DNA from: Selaginella moellendorffii
Lineage: Eukaryota; Plantae; Lycopodiophyta
Assembly: GCF_000143415.4 (NCBI RefSeq)
Contig: NW_003314279.1
Span: 788,662-852,661 of the forward strand
Reading direction: 5' to 3'
Length of the DNA: 64,000 nt
How positions within the stretch are numbered: the first letter of the stretch is position 1; every line of letters begins with the position of its first letter. Under the pieces are notes generated by a model. It saw nothing but the letters and a program-made list of their open reading frames with translations, made no database searches and had not been told where the DNA came from. A program made the translations under genes and the position numbers. Below, one piece after another: positions 13,369 through 27,100 of the stretch.

Positions 13369-16300
13369 GAGCCTGAGAGGGTGAAAGCCCAAAGCGTTCG
13401 TCTCCCAGACCCTGGGGGGTTTGGTGAGCTCCAAAAGTATAGTAGGGGGAGGACTGCAGTGGAGCCAGTTTGGCCAGGAAAGGCCAGTTTGGCCCAGGAA
13501 GGCCAGACCCAGTGTTGGGTGATGAACTGACCACTGGGAAGTCCAAGACTAGAGTGAATACGGACCGACAAGCGGGGTAGCTTGGTGAAGTGTTCAAGAG
13601 CCGGCTCTAGTTCCCCCGGGAGATCGACTGGCTGATGCTCCCAGTCCAAGTGTGGGTGGCACTACCTACTTGGATACCTGGTGTGGCTCAACGGAACCCG
13701 CTCTAAGCCCATGGCTAGAGCACCTAAAGGCGATAGATGGGGAGAGTACCCAGGTGGCTCGCGTAAGGCCACGGTGTTCCGAAATGTTGTCCCAAAGGCC
13801 CAGACTGTGGAAAGGAAGAGGAGCAGTCCTCTGGGGTAGTGACCAAGGACATAGTCATGTGGTGAGGAAGTCCCAGAGGACCGTGGGACTTAGTGGTCGG
13901 GCCTGTGGGCCTCGATCCAGTGGCAGTGTTGGCAAACACGGCCAGGGGCAGAAAGGGACTTGGTAGGAACTGACAAAGGGACTTTGGGGAAGGCAACTCC
14001 CCAGGTCTGTGGGCATCCTAAGGATGCTAAGGAGTGGATCTAGGATGACCACTCGTGGACACATGGCCCAGTCTTGGAGAGACGGGGTGGTGATGCAAGT
14101 GGTGTTGAACCACTAGTGCAGTAAAGGTGAATGGCCATGGCCTTAGCGTAACGGGCCGAGATGTTAGTGGTACCTTTGGGTGTCGGTCTCAGGACCGGAC
14201 ACGTGGAGCACTTGGACCAGGTGCAAGTGTGGAGTGGCATGGATGCCATTCTTGGGGCTAGCAAGTCCCAAGTCCTAAATTGGACCTATGGAGGTTGTGA
14301 ACGAGACTCCTCTAAGTGGTTGGAGGTGTGGTTAAGTGACTAAAGTAGAATGGAAAAATTAGTCGCTTACAAGAAGGTGGGGAGAGTACCCATGGGGCTC
14401 GTGTAGGGCCACGGTGTTTCGAAATGTTGTCCTGAAGTCCCAAATAGGGGTAAGGAGGAGGAGCAATCCTCTAGTGTAGTGACTATGGATATGGTCACAT
14501 GGTGAGGAAGTCCTAGAGGACAATGGGACTTAGTGGCCAGGTCTACGGGCCTTGATCTAGTGGTAGTGTTGGTGAACATGGCCATGGACGGAAAAAGGAC
14601 TTGGCAGTAATTGACAAAGGGATGTTGGGGAAGGCTATTCCCCATGTCTATGGGCATTCTAAGGATGTTAAGGAGTGGATCTGGGATGACCACTCATGGA
14701 CGGACGGCCCAGTCTTGGAGAGATGGGATTGTGATGCAAGTGGTATTGGACCACTAGTGGGGCAAAAGTGAATGGGCATGGCCTTAGCGTAACGGGTTGA
14801 TATGTCAGTGGTACCTTTGGGTGTCGGTCTTGGGACTGGACACATGGAGCACTTGGACCAAGTGCAAAGGATGAGTGGCATGGATGCCATTCTCAAGACT
14901 AGCAAGTCCTAAGTCCTGAATTGGACTTAAGGAGGTTGTGAATGAGACTCCTCCAAATGGTTAGAGGTGTGGTTAAGTGATTAAATTAGAATGGAAAATT
15001 TAATCGCTTATAGAGTGAAGGGAGAGAAGCATAGAGAGACTTGGAATAGTCCTAGAGCAACCAGCATCCCAATGCCACATGCAAAACAGAGCCAAACAAA
15101 GTTTGGCGCTATTTCAAGATACCGGTGGCCTAACGCAAGGACATGAGTATTCCACCAGCTAGCATGGTGTGGAACTTGAGCTTAGACCCAAGCTGGATGC
15201 AAAACAAGGATAGACACACAAGCGAGAGCTAGACTATGCCTTAGGTTGGTCGACTATGCCCAATCTACCCACTATCCCTATTATACATTTGGAACCCCCT
15301 ATAGCCCCCCTGCCCCCATTGAGGAACACACGCTTTGGGCTTTCACCACAAGCCTCCCTTAGTATCAAAAGTTAGCCTCTGGGACAAGCTCAAAACTTAT
15401 TAAATATGGAATAGTGTTAGATTGTGAATTTAGACATGGGATGAACACCATTGTGTTCAGGCCAATTTCTACATGCCAAATGAGCAAATTTAGACACTTT
15501 CCATAATTAGCATTTGGGACTGAATTGAGACTAACACAAAGGGCATAATAGTGAGGGTGTTTGGCAGGCACGGTAAGTTATCATTTAGCAAATATTAAGG
15601 GACCAAGCTCAATAACACGGGGGTTCCCAACACTAGCAAGTGCAAGTCAACATCATGAGTTTCTTGTCACCGTGCCAAGTATGCTTGACTAAATAACAAC
15701 ATAGAATTTCCTTCCTTAGTGCCCTTTCGATCTAAGTGCACATGTGATGACCAGTTTCTCAACTAGCTTAGGCAGAGACTGATAAAGGATCTAGTAATAC
15801 TGACCTCTTGCCATCGTGGCAGTAAGGAAAGAACATTTGAAAGGACTAGCCGACAGGTAACTTTCGATACCCGAAGTTACATTCGCGACACTCTCCCCCC
15901 CTAGGGAAGATCGATGTCCTCGTTGATGCATACTCCAGTCTAGAATACTGCCAAGGAAACAACTCAAGAAAAAGTTCACGATATTCACACTATGTGAGAA
16001 ATGCACCAATTTAAATGAGTTAGAATAACTTCTTTGTCTAACGCAGATGCGCTACCAGCTCAGACACCTTCCAGCCGTCGCCGACAAGGAAATGACCAAC
16101 GGAGTTAGCCACCCTTGCTGCTCTTGATGTCACCCAGCTTACAAAAGTGTGATACGCCCCTACCCGTAGGGATATAGAGAGAGAAGGTAGAGGCCCTAAC
16201 CCTCCTGAGCAAAGAAACTAAACCCGTCGGTAAGGTTTAGATAGACTATTGTAAACAGGCAGTTAGAGTTGTTTACATGGTCATGCCTTTTTAAACGGAA

Positions 16301-19300
16301 TAAAAAACATCGACAAAGAGACGGGTGATGTGACCAGTCAACAGTAGCTGCCCATGACTAAAGATTTCACCATACACACGAAGTGCTGAAGTTAATTTGC
16401 CTATACTGGCCCAAACTCAAAGATCAATAGATTGACAATATCAAAGTTATAGACATTGATATCTTAGAGTCTTAATTATCAGTGGATAAATCCTAGATTA
16501 AAACATAAAAGTATTCCAAGTAAGTTATCATCTGATAAACTAGTATAATAGTGTAGGAACCACCAAGATCATCATTTTTGGAAACATAGGATTGACTATC
16601 CAACAAAATTCAATAGTAAGTATATCATCAAGGAAACTCAATGATGAAACTTAACTACCGAAGATAGCAAATAGTAAGCCAAACAACTTACGAAAGATAA
16701 CTCAAAGAACACAAAGTATCATTGACTAACAAGCAAAATGCTCACGAATGTATCACCTAAAAGAAATAACATTCCAATCTATCAAAACTAACTCAAGTAA
16801 TGATCAATAGAATAGAATGAATATTGCATGACCAACAAACATAATATTTATGCTAACTATCGCATTAGCCAATCTGAATAGATCCTGATCAACAATACAA
16901 AAGAACTCAAGTTGCTTAAGCAAGTGTCAATAATATCCTATTGATGTTTCAAACCCAAGAGACCAATCCAAAGAAAATCACATAGAACATGTGGTATTGT
17001 GAAAAGCTATAAGCCATCAAAGAGAACAACTAACTATCATGAAAGAACATTAATCATCCCATCAATGAAGAGATGCATAATCATCGTTGAAGAAAGAATC
17101 TACCATCTTAAAGAATAGCAAATCATTCTATATCAACAACAATCAAGCAAACCTGTTTGATAAGAATAATCAACTATCTTAGATGATAGTCAATTATCAC
17201 CAATGATTACTAGATGCAAATACTAACTTCAACATCAAAGCTATGAGTCAAAATGCCTTCCCCCAATAACTTCTAACAAATGGAAGAATAAACATAAAAA
17301 CTCAAAAAACTAAAAGCTTGAAGAAGCCTATAGCCAAGTCGTGCCTAGCAATGATCACGAGTCTCACATGAACTAACTTCAATGCTAAAAAAGAAAATCA
17401 TGGTATAACCCACAACATCCTCCTCAACACATCCATAAGCTAAACTTCATAATGCAAAGCTAATGAAGAGCACATTTGTATCAATCCAAAAGTAAAGCAC
17501 AATGGAGCTATGCTCAACAAATAATCACTAAATCAATCCTCCATGAATCCATCTATAGCAAGATGTAACTCACTTCATAACAAGCACAAGAAGAATTATC
17601 AATGATCAATATATTCCAACTCAAATCCAACAAGGATTTAAACATTTCAATATCGATCACTAACTCTTCATTTCATAAAGCTAGCATAGTCCATGATTGA
17701 ATCACTTTTTAAGGAAAAGCTAAAGCTCAACCCTTACTAAATAATCCCATCTAGAACACAACTAACTCAAACTTACCACTCGGTTCATTTGAATGTCAAC
17801 ACAGTTGTTAACTAGTAAATGCATGAATGCTAATAACACAAAGCCCTAGCTAAATCATTAATACTATCTTCATCGAGATTAATGAAACTTGATATCAATC
17901 TTATGGAGAGACATCTCATTTTACTTGAATTTCAACATTAATAATATCAAAGAAAAAACATCACTTCAATGCCATTAACACTACAACAAAACTAGCATAA
18001 AGTAAAAGTGAATCACCACTCAAACTTTTTAGCAACCAAGCTAACCAAAGTTGAAGATACTTTACTTAGTATCTGAGACTAATCTTTCAACAACACTTAG
18101 CTACAAATAACACATCATCAAGAAGTGATTCACCACATCTAAGACTCAATGAAATCCAACACTACAGATTAAATGCAACCAAATGACATCGACAAAGGTA
18201 AAACCGATATGCTAACATGGAAAAACCATGTAAGTCTAAGGACACGATCCTCCACAACACCATCCGGTAAAACAAGCCTATCACTGCTAAATCACCATCA
18301 AGTGAAACAAGTGTTAACAGCCCTTGACAAAATCTACAAGTAATTATTAGTTGCAAAGCTAACTCTTCAACTTGCCTTCACAAGAACCAAACACCAATCT
18401 CATATGATTGAATCATATACTTGTCCAACATGAACATAATACCTTAGGTATAAAGTAAAGGTTCATGGACAAGCACGAACCAAATAACCACTCGAATCCA
18501 ACTCAATTGCGACAAGCTCACCAATGCATTTAGCCTCTAGCTCTAAGCATGCCTTGAAGAGGCTAACTATGCATGATTAACACTCAGTCGAAACTAAAGT
18601 GAAGACCATGAGATGGAATCATATCGTTACACATCCTCCTCACAAACAAAGCTATAGTATAGGTACTAACATCTCAACTTCAAACAACTAAGCTGGACAT
18701 CACCATACTCAGCCAAGGCATATAGCCACCAAAACCAAGTCAAGATCAGTGAGAGCTCATAGAGTCCTACGAAATGTAAGGTGCAACCTGCCACTAAGCA
18801 TAACGCTATAGAAGAAAGGCACAAGGGTCACCCTTCTTAGAAAAGCACAATGGCCACTTTTCTAAACCAACTCTAGATTCTATCCAACTCAATTGCTTTA
18901 GCCCCAAAAGTCAGCATCCCTTTTTAGGTCGCATCATACAAACTACCTACTAAAGTTTAAGCCAACTGAAGTCAACTCCAACCCCTTCACCAATTTGTAT
19001 TGGATTACGAAAACAGAATGGTTTTCAGGCAAAGTGATCAATAGATTAGCCATTAGAAAAGTCTAAGAAAATTTGTGGAAAATTTTCCATCCTAGAGAAA
19101 AAATGACTCTTAGTCCAAGAATACAAATTTTCAAGACTCAACCAACTTCCTCCTACTAATAACTTCATAAAAGTTTTTTGACATCCAATATTGAAATCCG
19201 CAAAAATGCAAAATGAACATCTAATGCTTGATCACAAAGACCACATATTCAGATATCCACATTGCACTAACACTCTTCTTCAATCACCTTCAAGATCTAA

Positions 19301-21317
19301 TCTGAAGCCAAAACACTAACAAGAAAAATGATATAGAAACTCAAGTTCTAAGGAAAATTCCTTATCACTCAAAATAACAATGCCACTTCCACTAACACAA
19401 GTGTTAGTGATGTCAATGCCTCAACTACACACCTTCTCCATTTAACAATTTACTCCAAGTGCTAACAGATCAACTAACAAACTATAGCAAATGAATGCTA
19501 TAACCCTTTCCAACACCTAATGGACAAACCCTCAAGGTACAAGAAACCAACTTAAGCTTAACACAATGGATCACCATTGAGAATCCAGTCAAAGCTACTA
19601 CAATGCTACTTTGTGCAAGTAGACTAGCTTCACCATCAACCACTTTGGGATTGATTATCGTTTAACCAAGCAACTTTGTAAACACATTACTCACAATCAC
19701 ATAGATATAATATAAGTATCACAATGACTTGATCATCAATTAAGCACCACAAGCAATGCCAATGTCATTACTTCAAAGGTCTATGTGAATATCAAGTGCC
19801 AAATCGATTTGATAAAATACAACATAAATGCCACACTCTACCGATAGAGATTTATAACACTTAATACCACTAACTTTTGTTCACAACATGCCATTCTCTT
19901 TCCGACAAAACTCAAAACTAATTCAACACTAAGCTACTCAAGGAGCAATAGCAAGGTTCCCCAAAAAAGAATTAAGCATTGTAACCTAAGTCTTCAATAG
20001 TAAGCCTAGACAAAATAGTTTAGCACTTCACCGCTATCCATCCCATAACTCACCATTCGCAAGACTATCATTTCCAACATGCATCAAGGTAGGGACTTTT
20101 GATTGCATATTGTGAACACAAGCAAGGAATCACACCTTATTGCAAATCATCTCTCCGAAAAGAGAAAATGATTTACGTGTTTGATCCTTCGTCCCCGATA
20201 ACTCTTTTTTCAGTCTCATTTTTGACTAAACCTCAAGCTTACTTTTGCACTGCCTTCAGTCCAATCCAAGAAAAGTTTATGAGAGAGCACGGCAATAACT
20301 ACTTAAACCAATAGACTAATCCCTGCAGTCTTGATTGATCCACTTGTAATCATGCCTAGGAAGGATCCACTAGTGCCATGCTTAATAGCTACGGACCAGC
20401 CTATTTGCCACTCATAGCAAACCTAGGAAAGCTTTACTTTCACTCATGGTACATGGAATAACTCATAGAACCATCGATAAGCTAACATTAATCATGCCAA
20501 CTCAAATGGTAACTTTGAGTTGCTAATGTGCCTCACTCACGAGCCCAAGCTCAAACTTGTGCAGAATGATACACCTCAAATCCTTCTTATGAGCCCAAGA
20601 GCAAGCTTACATCAATACGATACAACAAGGTAACCAAATCCATACCCAAGGAACAATTGCGAAGTCTTTACACACAAACATGTACCTATTCGGATCATCA
20701 TTTTCCTCTTTACATATGCAATGACACTAGTTGCCTAATCTCATTGGATAGTACTCACCAAGACTCATCCTTTGATACCAAATGTAACATACGTGGTTTT
20801 TACCCTTTATCCTATGGTGATTTACCATAGGATAACACCACAAAGCGGAACCTAAACCCCCTTTATGCCATGTGACACATGGAACATGTCATATGCCACA
20901 TGTCCAAAGGACAGTGGTGTGGAATCTAAGGTTCAAGGCCTTGAGCCACTGAACAAAGGAACGATGCCAAACTCCTAAACATGGAGCCAAGGAACAATGG
21001 AACAGGACTACAGAGAAATTCCCGAGCATATAGCCCAATGAGCGAAGGGATAGGAACCCAGGGCAACTTGGAACAGTCCTAGAGCAACTAGCATCCCAAT
21101 TCCAGGACTAGTATGCAAAACGGAGCCAAACGGAGTCTGGTGCTATTTTGGCATACCGGTGGCCTAACACAAGGACATGAGTACTCCACCAGCTAGCATG
21201 GTGTGGAACTTAGGCTTAGACCCAAGCTGCACGCAGAACAAAGATAGGCACGCAAGTGGGAGCTAGACTATGCCTCAGGTTGGTCAGCTATACCCGACCT
21301 ACCCACTATCCCTACTA

Positions 21318-21417
21318 NNNNNNNNNNNNNNNNNNNNNNNNNNNNNNNNNNNNNNNNNNNNNNNNNNNNNNNNNNNNNNNNNNNNNNNNNNNNNNNNNNN
21401 NNNNNNNNNNNNNNNNN
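21318..21417. other. Scaffold gap (100 N)
   Basis: N run adjacent to a poly-C tract inside a B LTR. Confidence 0.98.
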
Positions 21418-23662
21418 CCCCCCCCCCCCCCCCCCCCTTGAGGAACACATGCTTCGGGCTTTCACCCCAAGCCTCCCTTAGTATTAGGAGTTATTTTCTG
21501 AGATAAGCTTGAAACTTACTAAATATGGAATGGTGTTAAATTGCGAATTTGGACACGGGACGAATACCATTGTGTTTAGGTCAATCTCTACATTCCGTAT
21601 ATATGCCAAATGAGCAAATCTAGACACTTTCCATAAATATCATTTGGGACCGAAATGAGACTAACACAAAGGGCATAATAGCAAGGGTGTTTTGCAAACA
21701 AAATAAGCTATCATCTAGCGATATTGAGGGACCAATCTCAATACGCAAGGGTTCTTGTCAAGCCACTGCAAGACAGAGCAAAAGATAACTAAGAGCTAGG
21801 CTGAGTATGCTTAGCTAAAAATACATAGGAGTTCCTAACGTATGTCCATTTGGCTAAGTACAGATGCTAAGCCCAGTAAACTAACACTTGAACAAAAGGG
21901 GTTGATAAAGGGAATTAGGAATACTGACCTCCTGCCATTGTGGCAGTAAGGAAGTAGTGTCCATAAGCACTGGCCGACAGGTAATTTTCAATACCCAAAG
22001 TCACATTCGCGACACTCTCCCTCCCTAGGGAAGATTGACATCTTTGTCGATGCACACTCCAGTCTAGAATACCGCCAAGGAAACAACTCCAGAAAAAGTT
22101 CATGGTATTCACACTATGTGAGAAATGCATAACTTAAATGAGTGAGGAGGCAACCTCTTTGTCTAACGCGGATGTGCTACCAGCTTAGACACCTTCCAGC
22201 CATCGTCGACAAGAAAATGACCAATGGAGTTAGCCACCCTTGCTGCTCTAGGTGTCACATGGATATGATATAAGAAATCACAATGACTTGATCATCAATT
22301 GAGCAACACCCATGTCATTACTTCAAAGGTTTATATGAGTATCAAGTGTGAACTCAATTCAACAAAATGCAACATAAATGCCACACTCCACTGATAAAGA
22401 TTTACAACACCTAACACCACTAACTTTTTGTTCACAACATAGAAAAGCTCATGCAACTCTCTTTCCGACAAAACTCAACACTAATCTAACACCAAGCTAC
22501 TCAAAGAGCAATAGCAAAGTTTCCCAAAAAAGAATTGAGCATTGCAACATAAGTCTTCAATAACAAATCTAGACAAAATGGTTTATCGCTTCACCGCTAT
22601 CCATCCCATGACTCACCACTCATTTCCAACATGCATCAAGGTAGGGACTCTTGATTGCATACTTGTAAGTGACTAAATTTTTCCATTCTACATTAGTCAC
22701 TTAACCACACCTCCGACTGCTTGGAGGAGTCTCACTCACCACCTCTATAAGTCCTATTCCGGACTTGGGGACTTGCTAGCCCCAAGAATGGCATCCGTGC
22801 CACTTGACCGTTGCACTTGGTCCAAGTGATCCACATGTCTGGTCCCAAGACCGACACCCAAAGGTACCACTGACATATCGGCCCATTACGCTAAGGCCAT
22901 GCCCATTCACCTTGCCGCACTAGTGGTCCAATACCACTTGCATCACAATCTGTCTCTCCAAGACTAGGCCATCCATCCACGAGTGGTTAACCCCGACCCA
23001 CTCCTTAGCATCCTTAGAATGCCTATAGACATGGGGAATAGCCTTCCCCAATATCTTTTTGTCAGTTCCTACCTAGTCCCTTTTCAGTCCATGGCCATGT
23101 TCGCTGACAATGCCACTAGATCAAGGCCCACAAGCCCGACCACTAAGTCCCATGGTCCTTTGGGACTTCCTCACCATGTGACTGTATCCTTAGTCACTAC
23201 ACTAGAGGACTGCTCCTCCTCCTTTTCCCCATTTGGGACTCCGGGGCAACATTTCGGAACACTGTGGGCCTACGCGAGCCCCATGGGTACTCTCCCCACC
23301 TTCTGCCTTTAGGTGCTCTAGCCATGGGCTTAGAGCGAGGTTCTGTTGAGCCACGCCTGGTATCCAAGTAGGTAGTGCCATCCACACTTGAACTGGGAGC
23401 ATCGGCCAGTCGATCTCCTGGGGGAACTAGAGCCGGCTCTTGAACACTTCACCAAGCTACCCTACTTGTCGGTCCGTATTCACTCTAGTCTTGGACTTCC
23501 CAGTGGTCAGTTCATCACCCAACACTGGGTCTAGCCTTCCTGGGCCAAATTGGCCTTTCCTGGCCAAACTGGCTGCACTGCAGTCCTCCCCCTTACTATC
23601 CTTTTGGAGCTCACCAAACCCCCCAGGGTCTAGAAGACGAATGCTTTGGGCGTTCACCCTCT

Positions 23663-24157
23663 CAGACTCGGACTCGGACTCGGACTCGGCCTCGGTCTCG
23701 GTCCCGGTCCCGGTCTCGGTCCCGATCATGGTCTCGGTCCCGGTCTCGATCTCGACCTCGGACTCCATCTCGGGTCCTTCTCGGATTCCACCTCGGATTC
23801 CATCTCGGACTCCATCTCGGTCCATCTCGGACTCCATCTCGGACTCCATCTCGGGTCCATCTCGGACTCCGTCTTGGACTCCATCTCGGATACCATCTCG
23901 GTCCATCTCGGACTCCATCTCAGACTCCATCTCGGGTCCATCTTGACTCCATCTCGACTCCGTCTTGGACTCCATCTCAAGTCCATCTCAGACTCCATCT
24001 CGCACTCCGTCTCGGTCCATCTCGGACTCCATCTCGAACTCCACCTCGGACTCCAACTCGGGTCCATCTCGGATTCCATCTCGGACTCCATCTCGGGTCC
24101 ATCTTGGACTCCACCTCGGGTCCATCTCGGACTCCATCTCAGGTCCATCTCAGACTC
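23663..24157 (-). repeat. LTR-A satellite (A3 3' LTR)
   Basis: Tandem CTCGGA and CTCGGACTCCAT units. Confidence 0.95.
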
Positions 24158-27100
24158 TTCCATGTGTCATGTGTTGGTCCTTTTTGGGTCCCTTTTTGGA
24201 GCCTTTCTTATTAGTTGCCTCGTGCTCGCTCCTCGAGCACTTTGTTAGGAGTTCCATTCCCGCTCTCGACCTTCCAAGTCGAAGCTTTTAGTCCAAACGT
24301 GTTATGCTCATTTGGCTTTCACTTTGGCCACTACCATGTGGCACCCTTTCCGGCTCCACTTTGGGGCCTAGGGATTTTGTGTCTCACAACTCCACCACCC
24401 ATAGACGAAGTTCGATGTCCTCATCGAACGATAAACTATTTTATAAAGTAATACCAACTTGTATTACCATTTCCATCCTTGGCCCCTCGCCAATATTCAT
24501 CAATGGTTTGATATTCAAGGCTTGCCATGCCTTGCCCATCCTCTAAGGAGGATAGTCTCTCCAACTTAGAGACTGATTGGACCTCTTGTAGTGGTTCTCT
24601 CTTTTTATTGGTTTAGTTCTTGCTAAACCTGTTAGAGACACCGTCTATATCTCAATCTTGCTACTTCTCGGGTAGTCTCAGTTTCCATCGACATAACCTT
24701 TGCACTTTGGAACATTTACTTTTGACTTTTTGAAGTCAATTTCTTAGGTGTCTCTGACACCTTGCATTGCACATATTGTGCAAGTCCACTTCCCTATCCT
24801 AGGAAGTTCTCTACTTGAGGGCACCATCATCCTCTTTTCTATTTTGTGCCACCCTTGGCACTACGTTCCAATTATCATTATTTGTGCCAGGGCTGCCCAC
24901 GGCCCTATCCTTTGGCTACTTTGCCGCTCCTCACTTGGAGCTTTTACTTGCCAAATTGGAGCACTTGGGAATCTATCCTTGGAAGTCCACTTCCTTTCCC
25001 GCAATCCATTAGCATCAAACACATTAGTGTTCCTTGGCTAACCTTGCCATTTGGATTCCTCTCATTAAATTCCATGGCCCAAACTTGGCCACTAGTTTTT
25101 TGCTCCTATCCATTGATTGTTGCATCAAGCAACACAGGATCATTACCTCCCTCCTTGAGGTATTCTTTTGGTTCCATGGCAAAGCTCCACTTCACTAAGT
25201 CTAGAGGGTGCTCACCCTTAGTAGGTCTTTTTAGCAACTTCTGCTATGGGCCCCTTCCACAGCCCAACATTGTGACCCTCCCTTGGATCTCTTATAGAAA
25301 CTACTTTCCTTGGACTTACTATGCCATAGCATTGACATAGTTCAATTACCTTAGGTGTTCTTCCCACTTGGTCACCTTGACAAAGCCACACCTTTATCAG
25401 TAGTTCAAATCAACACTTTGAACTAAGAATCATATTCCTTAACCCAAACAAAGACCTTATCCTTGTTTAGCCATAAGATCATCTAGTGATCTCATCTTGA
25501 CCCCTTAATAAGTCTATCAATAGGAACTAAGTCTTCCAAACCTTTCTAAGTTGTTGACTATGACCCCGGGGGCATCCCCCACACTTGGCGGTGCACCCAA
25601 GCCAGCCCTTCCGACCAAGGATCCATAGCAACTGAGACTTGGGTGTCCCCATCTTATTCACCACGTCCTTGGTGCCCTTTGCACTAAAGTGTTCAAGTTA
25701 GATATGCCGAGCTTTCACTCTAAGCAATCTAACTGTGCATCACGATCCGGGGCATCCCCCGCTTGGCGGTGTGCCCAAGCCAATCTTCTCATTAAGAGTC
25801 CATGACCACCGAAATATGAGTGTCCTCATATTCCAAACCATCACCATGCCCTAGTGATTTGGGACTCGAACCCAACCTCCGTATATGCATCTACGGACGG
25901 CATCACCCTAGATGCCTGGCGTGACTCCCCACGCCGGTGCACCAACTTATACTTAAAGCGCGCTACAGATCACAGCTTAGGAACCTAGTTCCTCCACACT
26001 GCTAAATCCTCTCACTTGACATGTCTGTGATCATGTATGGACTCCTCCATGCTCAGCCCCATAGGCCACCCCTTTTGAAGTTAGCACCTTCAACTAGGGG
26101 ATTTGTCCCCCTGACTTGCCAATCTCATTTAGCAAGTCATCCGGCCACCGTAACATGGTTCATACATAAGCGTGAAAGTCCTTAACCATTGACTTTTGTT
26201 TAAAGCCCTCTCTTTGAACATTCGGGAACTACTTCCCCAACCTTGATAGCCTTGCCTCATGGCCAGCTTCAAGACCACATTTCTACTGCACCACTCTGAT
26301 TTTGCGCGCTCTAGAAACCATTTACACTTGGCCTTTCTAGGTACTAAACTACCTAGAATCATCTTTGGGAACTTGAAGGAACTCTGTCCCTTAACTTGCT
26401 AAGGCCCCTCCTTTCGCAAGCTTTCCAATTGCCATATAGTCTAGCATGGACAATTCCATGCTTTAGACTCTTCATGGCATCACAATTGTTAGTAACAACA
26501 TACTCGAGCGCCCACTTAATTCTCCACTCCCAACTGACATAACCACCCTTGGTTATGCTCTTTGATTCCTATGGTTTGGTTCTATCCTGTTACTACTTGC
26601 TTTTAGCCTCACACATTTCCTTCAATTATTCGCCTCCAAACTAGGAGGATAGCTTTGCATATTCTACCATGCCTTAGCAAGTATTCTTGGGGATGAACCT
26701 ACCCGATAGCCTAGGGAGTGGTTCCTCAATCTAGGTATGCTCACTTTATAATCCAACACACCAGGATTAACATTACTACATATGGGCCTTTATATGCCCA
26801 TCACTAACCTTGCCAAAATTCCATTTTTAGCTTTATCTGATTCGGCTAGACGGACTTCTTCCGTCTTTGAAACTTTGGACATTTGGATAGCACCTTCTAT
26901 CCATTATTCGCTAGGGACTTAGTCCCTTGGGCCTTATCTATTGCCCTTGCGACATCAAACACCACCTTGGGGTGTTCTAGAGTGTTTGGGTGTCCCAATA
27001 ATGGCTTCTTTGACAATGAGCATTCCCCTTTTTAACATTGACTTACTATATCGCAACATAAGGAATTTATCCCTTATAAGGGTATATCTAACTTCCTTAT

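Larger units (their letters stand above)
6608..14371 (+). mobile_element. Family A copy A2, young. LTRs 6608-8472 and 12564-14371; inserted in the A1 3' LTR
   Basis: TG...CA termini. TSD AGAAG at 6603-6607 and 14372-14376. PBS TGGTATCGGAGC at 8476-8487; PPT-like tract before 12564. LTRs nearly identical; no internal ORF longer than 112 aa. Confidence 0.95.
257..15012 (+). mobile_element. Family A non-coding LTR retrotransposon, copy A1. 5' LTR 257-~1582 (U5/PBS deleted); internal region to 5575; 3' LTR 5576-6607 plus 14372-15012 (split by A2)
   Basis: Starts TGTGAAACAC, ends CGCTTATA (CA changed to TA). TSD GAGTG at 252-256 and 15013-15017. PPT-like GGGTGGTGGAG before 5576. Confidence 0.92.
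1..22014 (-). mobile_element. Family B non-coding LTR retrotransposon, copy B1. 3' LTR 1-256 plus 15013-15890 (split by A1); internal region 15891-20782; next LTR 20783-22014
   Basis: Reverse complement of element B4. PPT (ctctccccccct) follows 15890; PBS complement (cctttgatacca) at 20769-20780. The window starts ~2 bp inside the LTR. An N gap lies within the 20783-22014 LTR. Confidence 0.88.

Noticed and set aside
13371-13404. Hammerhead-ribozyme-like CTGAGA-GGGTGAAAGCCC-AAAG (retrozyme idea)
   Set aside because: Lacks the CUGANGA and post-stem GAAA core, and the family B version has no CTGA box in that position.
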